Part shown: piece after piece, positions 20,390-28,188 of the stretch | Layout of the letters: each line of letters opens with the position of its first letter | Position numbering within the stretch: position 1 is the first letter of the stretch | DNA from: Candidatus Saccharimonadota bacterium | GTDB taxonomy: Bacteria > Patescibacteriota > Gracilibacteria > BD1-5 > UBA2023 | Reading direction: 5' to 3' | Length of the DNA stretch: 32,000 nt | NCBI GenBank assembly: GCA_963706795.1 | Contig: OY970170.1 | Coordinates: 360,001-392,000 of the forward strand | Made by a program: the position numbers and the translations under genes | The notes under the pieces: model-generated | What the model saw: only the letters and a program-made list of their open reading frames with translations | The model's database searches: none | What the model was told of the DNA's origin: nothing

Positions 20390-21703
20390 TTAGACAGCAA
20401 TGCCGTTCGCTTCTATCTCTTGAGACAGACGTCTGGCAACTCCAGTATCAGACCATGGTTCGGATCCAGCATTGCGGACAATGGATTTTTCGGCACCTTT
20501 ACCCGCGAGGAGGACAACATCATCTTTTTCGGCGAGAATGAGAGCTGTGCGAATCGCGTCTTCGCGATTGAAAATGATCCAAAAATTATCTCATTCTTTG
20601 CGCTTAATCCCCTTACTGACTTCGTTCATGATCTGGAATTGGTCTTCACTGTAGTTATCATCTTCGGTGAGAATAACAACATCAGAGAGCTTGTGGACGA
20701 TCGCTCCCATTTTTGGACGCTTGTCGCGATCACGGTCACCGGTGGCTCCAAATACGGTAATTATTCGCTTCACTCATTCGAATGATTGGATGGTTTCGAG
20801 GACATTTCGGAGTGACTCTTCGGTATGGGCATAATCTACAAATACCGTAAATGGTGCATCAGTAGAGACTTCCTCAAGTCGACCTGGAAGCGTCCCAAGC
20901 TCGTTAATGGTCGTCTGTATGACCTTGGCATCGATTTTTTGTGAAATCAGTACGCCAACCGCTGCAAGGATATTCCAGACATTAAACTCTCCGATCATCT
21001 TGGTCGTCACAGGAAAACTACCTGATGGCATACGAACCGTAAATGAAGTTCCGGCTTTGGTTGTTACAATATCCTGTGCTCTGATCTGTGCATTAGCAAG
21101 CGTTCCAAAACTGTAGAGAGTGTCTACCGTCGCCTCCAAAAAGCGTGGAGCATACTCAGAGTCGATATTGATCACTGAGACCTTCTTTACACCCTTTTTA
21201 CGTCGTCCTTCAACGAGTCATGTGAAGAGTCTGAGTTTGGTATCCGCGTAATTCTCCATCGTGTGATGCAGATCGAGATGATCCTGCGAGAGATTGGTAA
21301 ATACCGCCACATCAAAATCGATTCCATACACGCGATTATAAAAAAGTGCGTGACTCGAGACTTCGATGATTGCGTATTCACATCCTCTTTTTTTTGCTTC
21401 TGTAAGCAATCTACCAAGTACAAAAGGATCTGCACTTGTCATTTTCATATCATTGTCGTACCATTCACCCGCTATACAATAGCGAACGGTCGAAAACATA
21501 AATACCTTCTTCCCTGCTTTTTCGAGGCCTTCGGCAATGATATTGGTGGTGGTAGATTTGCCCTTGCTGCCGGTAACTCCTATAACAATCATATCTTTGG
21601 AAGGATTTCCATAGATATGATGTGCCATAAAACCACGTAAAAAGTGGTAAAACACACGAATAGGGCTGTCGAGAGCGATGAGGTGGCGAAGTGTATTGAT
21701 CAT
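20390..21703 (-). CDS. murE: Mur ligase, MurE-like, with a short N-terminus
   Basis: Three same-frame track ORFs are joined through TGA at comp(21218-21220), comp(20774-20776) and comp(20591-20593). Motifs: GVTGSKGKSTT, EVSSHAL, TNLSQDHLDLHHTMENY, DYAHTEESL, GATGDRDRDKRPKMG. Start chosen at MINTLRHL (21703), which keeps the gene clear of the divergent def. Confidence 0.8.
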
Positions 21704-21749
21704 AAACGCGATTGATTTTAGCAAAAAGCGATTAAAATCCAATTCAAGC

Positions 21750-22247
21750 ATGAAACTCAACATACAAACCGGACGCGAAAACGAAATTCTTCGAAATATA
21801 TCGACCGAGCTTTCGCATGAAGATTGGAAGCGACTCGCGCCTCTTGGACGCGAAATGGTCGCCTGGCTCAAGGCCAAGGACAATGGAGCAGGCCTCGCTG
21901 CGCCTCAAGTCGGAGAGAACAAACGCCTTATCGTCGTCAATCTTTATGACGAGAGTGAGAATGAGCTCGAATACGTTCGCACGCTCATCATGATCAATCC
22001 AAAGATCGTTTCACATTCTGACGAGCTCTACAATGACGAAGAAGGATGCTTTAGTGTTCCTGGTGAATTCGGTCTCGTAAAGCGCTGGTCTTCCATCGTA
22101 GTCGAATACAATGATGATAAGTTCACAAAGCGCTCCATGCGCCTCTCCGGCTTTAGCGGAAGAGTCGTCCAGCACGAAATAGACCACCTCGATGGAGTTC
22201 TTTTTACGGATAAATTGGAACACGTAAGTGCACTTCATAGGATGTAA
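21750..22247 (+). CDS. def: Peptide deformylase
   Basis: GLAAPQVG, EGCFSVPG and QHEIDHLDG motifs. 165 aa from ATG 21750. No TGA. Confidence 0.9.
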   Translation: MKLNIQTGRENEILRNISTELSHEDWKRLAPLGREMVAWLKAKDNGAGLAAPQVGENKRLIVVNLYDESENELEYVRTLIMINPKIVSHSDELYNDEEGCFSVPGEFGLVKRWSSIVVEYNDDKFTKRSMRLSGFSGRVVQHEIDHLDGVLFTDKLEHVSALHRM

Positions 22248-22449
22248 ATTTCCTCATCCAGCCAATATCTCTTGCCAATGTATAAAAAAGTTGTGTAGGA
22301 GATGCTTTTCCATAGAATAACCCGAATTGTAGGATTTTGGAGAGATTATCTCCGCTTACGCTCACGCCAAACGAATCAAAATTGGCCTTTACTCTATGTT
22401 AGACATGCACGTTGGATGAGCTTCATCCAACACTCGACCTCCTTCGAAC

Positions 22450-23889
22450 ATGCAACACACCTGATTCCCCGACGAAGCCGAGGATCATAATTTATGAGCC
22501 TCAAAACTCGAAACTCGTGAGAGTTCGGGAGTTTTAGTTGCGCCAAATGTAAGTAAGACAACTGAAATTATTGCACAAGTTACAAAATCATCAGAGGAAA
22601 TCATTGCTGAGAAGGATAGAAAGATTGCGAAACTAGAGAGTATTCTCCGAAGAGCCAATGCTCGTCAATGAAAAGAGGCAGTACAGAGTAAAATTACTGA
22701 TGCAGTAGACAAAATTCTTGATGACCTTTTTAAAATTAATGTCGATGAGTCAACAAAGCTCTTTGATTATCTGTTTGAAATCGTACCTGAGGCACTTAAT
22801 TGTGATCTGCATTACTATATTTTTAGACGAAATATTAATGACGTCTCGATAAATGAAATGAAGCTTGCGGATGTGTTTTCATTTATGATTGAAATTGCAT
22901 TCTCCTGAGTGAGCGAAGGTCCAATTTCTCAGCATGCGAGCTTTATAGAAGAAGGCACGACAACAGAACATCTTCATTGAAATTCAGAATTCTCAGAAAT
23001 GGAAATAGACTGAGTAGTCATTGGTTATGCAGGCATTAATAAATCCAAGGATCTCAAACGCTTCCCCGAAGAATTCCCAAAAGCTTTTGAAAAAATTTCT
23101 CGTTCTGTTCAGACTTTTTTGAGGCAAGTACATAGCTTACTCTTGCAGGATGAGTTAAAAATACAAGACAGTAATAAGATGCAGCTCATCGACGAGCTAA
23201 ATAAAGCCCTTGCTCAAAAGGCCGATTTAATAACTCAGCTCGATAAAGAAACGATCACCGATCACCTCACTCGGGTATATATTCGAAGCGGATTCTACGA
23301 AAAAGCACTTGAGTTCTTCTTGGAAAATCCATGACGTGAAGCGAGTATCTTTGCAATCGACATCGACCACTTTAAGCAAGTAAATGACAAGTACGGACAC
23401 TGAATGGGAGACAAGGTACTTGAACATACAGCAAAAATCCTCAACGAAATTGCAGCGGATATTCCATGAGCCATTTTTGCTCGGTATGGTGGTGAGGAAT
23501 TCGCGATGATCCTTCCTGATCACAATATCCCCTCAGCAAAGATCGTTGCTGATAGTATCTGTGCCTATTTTACCGAGCAAGTTGATCAATTCTCTGATCC
23601 AAAAACTCGCGAACAATTCACTATTCCAGTTACTGTAAGTATCGGCGTTGCTAATATTCAGACCGACAGAGTAAGCGGTAAAGCAAATGAACTCTTTGGA
23701 GGCAAGCCGGATTATACTCGAGACGAGCACAAGCAAATGCTTCGTATTTTTGGAGATGAACTCGACAAGGACTTATGAGATGCTGACAAGGCGATGTATG
23801 TCGCCAAAGAGGCTGGACGCGCACGTGCTACCACTTATGACGAAAGCATGCTGAATATCGATCCACATAAAAAAAATCTTCCGGCATAG
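22450..23889 (+). CDS. Diguanylate cyclase: N-terminal sensor/GAF-like region, coiled coil, GGDEF domain
   Basis: One frame is open from 22333 to TAG 23887-23889 if ten TGA are read as Gly. C-terminal domain reads FAIDIDHFKQVNDKYGH-G-MGDKVL...ARYGGEEFAMIL...VSIGVA...DADKAMYVAKEAGR. The start is uncertain (ATG at 22396, 22405 or 22450), and there is no in-frame ATG/GTG/TTG between 22450 and about 22857. Confidence 0.75.
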
Positions 23890-23903
23890 GAAGATTTTTT
23901 TAT
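23871..23903. terminator. Bidirectional terminator (AAAATCTTCC / GGAAGATTTT arms)
   Basis: AAAAAATCTTCC ggcata GGAAGATTTTTTT. The GGDEF stop codon lies in the loop. Confidence 0.8.
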
Positions 23904-23921
23904 TCAGAATGAGTGCGAATA

Positions 23922-24080
23922 CTAGTTCGGCAGATTATTGTTTACCTTATTGCGACTGAGTTCAACCAAGAACTTAATAGCTGCGCGCGGATCAACCGTA
24001 CGATTGAACCCATCTCCAACAATGCAATTTTCTGGAAGACGGATTTCAGGACTTTTCGTTTGGTATGTTTGTGTATTCAT
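23922..24080 (-). CDS. Possible small ORF (52 aa)
   Basis: MNTQTYQTKSPEIRLPENCIVGDGFNRTVDPRAAIKFLVELSRNKVNNNLPN. Below the track's length cutoff. AT-rich upstream region containing TTGACC. Ends in TAG, just before the terminator at 23871-23903. Confidence 0.3.
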   Translation of the reverse strand: MNTQTYQTKSPEIRLPENCIVGDGFNRTVDPRAAIKFLVELSRNKVNNNLPN

Positions 24081-24154
24081 ATCCCAGATTGGTTAGATAT
24101 GAGATAATTAAACCATATAAAATATATTGGTCAAATATTGAATACACTTTTTTA

Positions 24155-24490
24155 CTATTTGAAGATCGAAAACAATACCGCGTTCACTACCGAGAGCACC
24201 AAACTAAAGAGGAGCGCCCACCAGAAACCATTTACTTTAAATCCTGGAACGAGCTGCGAGACCAAGAGGATGATCAGCGCATTGATTACAAAGGTAAAGA
24301 GCCCGATAGTGACGACATTAATCGGCAGCGTCAATAGGAGAAGAACCGGCTTTAAAAAAGTATTCACAACCGCAAGTACGACTGCTACGAGCACTGCAGA
24401 ACCCGCTCATGCCACCGCAACTCATGGAAGTAAATATGATGTCAACCCTACTGCAAGTGCAGTGATACATATACTAATGATAAGATTCAT
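24155..24490 (-). CDS. Four-TM membrane protein, PF04020-like (phage holin 4_2 / YvlD family)
   Basis: MNLIISICITALAVGLTSYLLP-G-VAVA-G-AGSAVLVAVVLAVVNTFLKPVLLLLTLPINVVTIGLFTFVINALIILLVSQLVPGFKVNGFW. Extends track ORF 24155..24394 upstream through two TGA. Ends in TAG. Confidence 0.65.
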
Positions 24491-24617
24491 GTGCAAAAAG
24501 AAAGGGATACGAAATACCGATAAGTACATCAAAATCTCGTTCATCTGCTTCGGCAAGCAATAGTCACTCTATGTCGAATGGCTGAGATTACAATTTTTAA
24601 GCAATTTCGCGCTCAAT

Positions 24618-24649
24618 AAAAATCTTCCGCTTAAAAGCGGAAGATTTTT
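24618..24649. terminator. Bidirectional terminator with the same arms as 23871-23903
   Basis: AAAAATCTTCCGC ttaaaa GCGGAAGATTTTT. Confidence 0.8.
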
Positions 24650-24650
24650 A

Positions 24651-25181
24651 TTAGACAACAGACTCATCGAGTCAACCATCCACAAATTCATAAATTTGAG
24701 TGGCAGTGAATGACCCCTGTATTACTGGTAATTCCTCTATTCCAAGATGTTTTCCTGCAAGCGTAAGCAGAGCAGTATCTTCGAGCGAAGCATATGGGAA
24801 GAAATCTGATTGATAGTCATTCCATTTCATACGTTCCACATATCCTCTATCAAAATGCATAGCCAGAAGGAGTGCGAGGCATTTTTTGGATTCTTCTATG
24901 CGATCGGCGAGCAAATGAGTCTGTGCTCATCGAATAAGGATATCGCGCTCACTTCGCCCCATCGAGATACCACCCGTGTCGTAGCCGGTCCAGACTATTC
25001 GAATACATTGCAAGATGATTTCTCTGGGATTTGGATAGCTTTCTGGTCTATCAGCAAGTTCTTCGATTACTTCCATTGCCTTCCTGCGGTAATGCTGGAT
25101 CTGCCCCTCATTCGCTAATCCTCATAAAACATAGACTTGCGATAACTGCGTTATAGAAGTGCTGTCAGGAGGAGTCAACAT
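24651..25181 (-). CDS. Hypothetical protein (176 aa), apparently helical
   Basis: ATG at 25181. Track ORF 24672..24914 is extended in both directions through three TGA. TAA at comp(24651-24653). Contains IRGAQTHLLADR, an R-x4-H spacing. I recognise no family. Confidence 0.5.
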
Positions 25182-25208
25182 CTGGACAAAGATGAGATAA
25201 TTGTTTTG

Positions 25209-25236
25209 ATTATAGCAGCGCCTGAGAAAATTCAAA
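25209..25236 (-). promoter_or_regulatory. Putative promoter for the 176-aa gene
   Basis: On the minus strand: TTTGAA, 16-nt spacer, TATAAT preceded by TGc, about 27 nt upstream of ATG 25181. Confidence 0.45.
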
Positions 25237-25240
25237 CAAT

Positions 25241-25271
25241 AAAAAGCCCGTATTTGCATACGAGCTTTTTT
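25241..25271 (-). terminator. Rho-independent terminator closing the tRNA transcription unit
   Basis: On the minus strand: AAAAAAGCTCGTAT gcaa ATACGGGCTTTTT. Confidence 0.6.
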
Positions 25272-25281
25272 GAGATTTTAT

Positions 25282-25395
25282 TGGTGCCCAAGGGGGAATT
25301 TGCCCTCTGGGCGCCTCGGGCAGAGTCCAAATCATTGGACTCTTGAAATGCTCACGCATTTCCCCTCGGTTCAAGTCCTGTGAGTTCATCTTTTG
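25282..25395. other. Structured element of unknown function with a tRNA-like 3' end
   Basis: Three strong hairpins at 25283-25315, 25323-25342 and 25346-25361. Bases 25282-25296 match the tRNA-Leu 3' end (25441-25455) at 14 of 15 positions. No canonical cloverleaf could be drawn. Confidence 0.35.
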
Positions 25396-25397
25396 AG

Positions 25398-25428
25398 TTT
25401 AAAAGTCCCCCGCTTTCGCAGGGGACTT
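25398..25428 (-). terminator. Hairpin/terminator just downstream of tRNA-Leu
   Basis: On the minus strand: AAGTCCCCTGC GAAA GCGGGGGACTT followed by TTTAAA. 10-bp stem with a GNRA loop and a short T-run. Confidence 0.5.
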
Positions 25429-25440
25429 CTTAAAATCAAA

Positions 25441-25525
25441 TGGTGCCCGAGGGGGGACTTGAACCCCCACACCTTTCGGCATACGCACCTCAAGCGTACG
25501 TGTCTACCAATTCCACCACCCGGGC
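25441..25525 (-). tRNA. tRNA-Leu (anticodon GAG), type II, CCA encoded
   Basis: Hand-folded cloverleaf: acceptor GCCCGGG/CTCGGGC, anticodon arm TACGC-TTGAGGT-GCGTA, long variable arm, T arm GGGGG-TTCAAGT-CCCCC, then ACCA. 85 nt. Confidence 0.9.
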
Positions 25526-25691
25526 GACAATCTTTATTCTAAATTGAGGATTTCTTCTAAACTTCTCTTGTGGCGAGAGCATTGATGAAATTTTTTCGAA
25601 GATCGAGTGCCGTAGCGAAACATACTTATGTACGTTGAGCGAGGAACGGAGATCTGAGCGAAAAGTTCGCAATGATATCGTTACAACCTTA

Positions 25692-25768
25692 TGGTGCACC
25701 CAGTAGGAGTCGAACCTACAACCAACGGCTTCGAAGACCGCTACTCTATCCAGTTGAGCTATAGGTGC
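25692..25768 (-). tRNA. tRNA-Arg (anticodon TCG), CCA encoded
   Basis: Acceptor GCACCTA/TGGGTGC, D arm GCTC..GAGT, anticodon arm GCGGT-CTTCGAA-GCCGT, T arm GTAGG-TTCGACT-CCTAC, then ACCA. 77 nt. Confidence 0.9.
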
Positions 25769-25798
25769 AGATAGTTCTCTTGTTGAGAGCGTGGCGAG

Positions 25799-25826
25799 TA
25801 TAGCGAAAGGCAGTAATTTGTAAAAT
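25799..25826 (-). promoter_or_regulatory. Putative promoter for the tRNA-Arg/tRNA-Leu unit
   Basis: On the minus strand: TTTACA, 16-nt spacer, TATACT, about 30 nt upstream of the tRNA-Arg 5' end. Confidence 0.45.
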
Positions 25827-25884
25827 TATTTTTGCGCTTCCATGATGATTTTTTGTGCAACTCGCTTGGTCAAAGTCAGATACC

Positions 25885-25914
25885 AAAAATAAAACCCCGT
25901 ACGGGGTTTTATTT
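25885..25914 (-). terminator. Terminator after secF
   Basis: AAAACCCC gtac GGGGTTTT with flanking A and T runs, immediately after the secF TAA. Confidence 0.8.
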
Positions 25915-26877
25915 TTAACGCTTCTTGGTGATATCGTAGAGGAGCGGTGCCGCGATACAGATAGAAGAGTACGCTCCAATGAATGTACCAAATATGAGCG
26001 CGAGAGTGAATCCCTTGATCGCCTGTGGTCCAAAGAAGAACATTGCAACGAGTACAATTACAATCGTAAGTGATGTGAAAATCGAACGTGTAAGTGTATC
26101 GTTGATAGAATTATTGATGAGTTCACCAAATCCCTGCTTCTTCGCAATTGGAAGACGGAGATTTGAGCGGATTCGGTCCATTACGACGATAGTATCGTTG
26201 ATCGAGTATCCAAGTACTGTGAGGAGCGCAGTAATAAAGAATGTATCGATTTTATATTCTGGAAAGAAGTGCGAAGCAATAACGTAAAATCCGAATGTAA
26301 TAATTACGTCATGGAAGAGTGAAACCGCAGTAACCGCTCCGAATGAAAAACTCGTAAATCCTTCGATTGATCCTCGGAATGCCCAAGCGATGTAGAGGGA
26401 GATGAAGAGAATAACCATTGCGAGCGTGAGGTACGCAGTCTTTTTGATGTAGTCTCCGAATGATTCACCAACATTGATGTAGCGCGAGAGTGAAGCCTGT
26501 GAAGACTTACCAAGTGCTGTAGTAATAGCATCTCGAAACTGCGTCTTTGCAGCGTCGAATGCCTGGTCATTCATGCCTTCGAGGCGAGAGAATCCAGCTT
26601 CTACAACAAATTTGTTTTCACCAGTAATGCGATACACGAGAGTATTATTTACAACGTGCTTACCATTGACCATGACAGCATCTTTGGCCGCTTCTACTGT
26701 TTTGGTAGTAGTAGGAAGGTCGAGAGTGCCCTTGTAATCGAACTCAGCCTGGATACCACCAGTCATGTCGATACCGAGATTCATCGGGAATACAAACGGT
26801 GCAGCAGCAGAAATAACTACGAGCGCGAGCGCAATTGCGTAGTAAGAAAATCGGTTTTTTATAAAATTGAAGCTCAT
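25915..26877 (-). CDS. secF: Protein translocase subunit SecF
   Basis: MSFNFIKNRFSYYAIALALVV, GIDMTGGIQAEFDY, and the C-terminal six-TM region (YSINDTIVVMDRIR). 320 aa from ATG 26877. No TGA. Ends in TAA. Confidence 0.85.
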   Translation of the reverse strand: MSFNFIKNRFSYYAIALALVVISAAAPFVFPMNLGIDMTGGIQAEFDYKGTLDLPTTTKTVEAAKDAVMVNGKHVVNNTLVYRITGENKFVVEAGFSRLEGMNDQAFDAAKTQFRDAITTALGKSSQASLSRYINVGESFGDYIKKTAYLTLAMVILFISLYIAWAFRGSIEGFTSFSFGAVTAVSLFHDVIITFGFYVIASHFFPEYKIDTFFITALLTVLGYSINDTIVVMDRIRSNLRLPIAKKQGFGELINNSINDTLTRSIFTSLTIVIVLVAMFFFGPQAIKGFTLALIFGTFIGAYSSICIAAPLLYDITKKR

Positions 26878-26899
26878 AGCTATGGGAAAAGATGGCTCT

Positions 26900-26927
26900 T
26901 TTATAAGTCGGAAGCCTCGAAAGTCAA
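26900..26927 (-). promoter_or_regulatory. Putative secF promoter
   Basis: On the minus strand: TTGACT, 16-nt spacer, TATAAA. Confidence 0.45.
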
Positions 26928-26946
26928 CAGAAAAGGGTCTCAATTG

Positions 26947-26975
26947 TTGCCTACATGAGCCACTTGCGCTATACT
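26947..26975 (+). promoter_or_regulatory. Putative promoter giving a leaderless mRNA for the PrgI-like gene
   Basis: TTGCCT, 17-nt spacer, TATACT, then 6 nt (gaagcc) to ATG 26982. Confidence 0.45.
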
Positions 26976-26981
26976 GAAGCC

Positions 26982-27398
26982 ATGCAGTATAAGATTCCCG
27001 TACAAATCGAAAACGAAGACACGATTTTTCTCGGCTTGTCTATCAGACAACTAGGAATTATCATGATCGGTGGCGGTATTGCCTATTCGATATTTAAGTC
27101 TCTAGAATGAGGAATTGGCCCTCAAGCGGCTTCAATTCCAGCGATTATTATCATCATAATAGCGCTTTTTGTGGCACTTTTCCGTAATTCGGAAATGACA
27201 TTTTTGCCATTTATTCTCAATATGATTCGACTCAATCTCAATACAGGAACCCGCGTTTGGTCAAAATGAACTGAGAGTTTCTCAAATCTTGAGATCGGAT
27301 ACGTCGTTTCATTCGCGAATGCGACTAAAAAATACGAAACAAAGAATTCTATCCACGAAATCTGAGACGCACTCAACGATAATCTCTGAAAGCTCTAA
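26982..27398 (+). CDS. PrgI-like (VirB3-like) small membrane protein
   Basis: MQYKIPVQIENEDTIFLGLSIRQLGIIMIGGGIAYSIFKSLE-G-GIGPQAASIPAIIIIIIALFVALFRNSEMTFLPFILNMIRL. Two TM segments. Four in-frame TGA. Invisible in the standard-code track. TAA at 27396-27398. Confidence 0.55.
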
Positions 27399-27400
27399 AT

Positions 27401-28126
27401 ATGTCAGACAAGACTACTGCATCGGTAAAAACCGCAAAGAAGCCTCAAAAGGATTCGACTACACAAAAATACATGCCATTCTCGGAAATTCGAGACAATT
27501 GTATGATTATGAAGGATGGATCAACTCGTATGGTGCTACGAGTTCAGGCGCTCAATTTTAATCTCAAAAGCGAGGAAGAGCAGGATTCGATCATCTATGG
27601 GTATCAGCGGTTTTTGAATTCTCTACGCTTCCCTATCCAGATTATTGTTCGTTCACTCAAGGTGGATATTGAGAGCTATCTAATGAAGCTCAAAAATCTT
27701 GCGATCAAGCAGCAGAACCCCCTCCTTCAAGAGCAGACATATCGATATATCGATTTTCTAACAAATCTGATCGATATGGCTCAGATTATGAAAAAGGATT
27801 TTTATATCGTCGTTCCTTATGACGAAGATCTCGAACGTTCTGTACGAGATACTGGAATGTTTGGAATGTTCCGATCATTTTGGAGTGCTATTACTGCCGA
27901 AGAAACCGTTGGTTCTATCCGAGAAAAACGTCGCAATATCGACGTCATGCGCAAGGCAAATCTCGAACGTGTGAGCACTATTAAAACTACACTCGAAGGA
28001 ATTGGGATCAAGGGTGAAGAACTCAAAAAAGATGAGCTCATCAAGCTGCTTTACGACTACTACAATCCAAAGGTAAACGGAGAAAATAAGATCCGTGAAA
28101 AGATGGAAAATCTCAATGTAGAGTAA
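27401..28126 (+). CDS. Protein resembling only the N-terminal domain of Gram-positive VirB4/PrgJ-type conjugation ATPases (241 aa)
   Basis: Starts 2 nt after the PrgI-like stop. TQKYMPFSEIRDNCMIMKDGSTRMVLRVQALNFNLKSEEEQDSIIYGYQRFLNSLRFPIQIIVRSLKVDIESYL. No Walker A. Ends at TAA, followed by a terminator. Confidence 0.5.
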   Translation: MSDKTTASVKTAKKPQKDSTTQKYMPFSEIRDNCMIMKDGSTRMVLRVQALNFNLKSEEEQDSIIYGYQRFLNSLRFPIQIIVRSLKVDIESYLMKLKNLAIKQQNPLLQEQTYRYIDFLTNLIDMAQIMKKDFYIVVPYDEDLERSVRDTGMFGMFRSFWSAITAEETVGSIREKRRNIDVMRKANLERVSTIKTTLEGIGIKGEELKKDELIKLLYDYYNPKVNGENKIREKMENLNVE

Positions 28127-28150
28127 TTCACCGAAAAATACACGAAATAT

Positions 28151-28188
28151 AAAAAACCTCAGTATATCCCAATATGCTGAGGTTTTTT
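28151..28188 (+). terminator. Rho-independent terminator
   Basis: AAAAAACCTCAGTATA..TATGCTGAGGTTTTTT. Confidence 0.75.

Noticed and set aside
22302-22490. 62-aa plus-strand ORF (Arg-rich) upstream of the GGDEF gene
   Set aside because: Its composition is implausible, it has no ribosome-binding site, and it lies across the hairpin-rich leader in a different frame from the long GGDEF reading frame.
24138-24563. 141-aa plus-strand ORF
   Set aside because: It is antisense to the PF04020-like membrane protein, whose hydrophobic periodicity and conserved P-G motifs support the minus-strand frame.
25323-25342. Hairpin GAGTCCAA-ATCA-TTGGACTC as the anticodon arm of the expected tRNA-Gly(UCA), since the plus-strand loop contains TCA
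   Set aside because: The perfectly symmetric stem allows only even-sized loops (4, 6 or 8 nt), not a 7-nt anticodon loop with U33. No matching D arm, T arm or acceptor stem could be drawn on either strand.
25490-25699. 69-aa minus-strand ORF spanning the tRNA region
   Set aside because: It overlaps both tRNA genes and the spacer between them, so it is an artefact of ORF calling.
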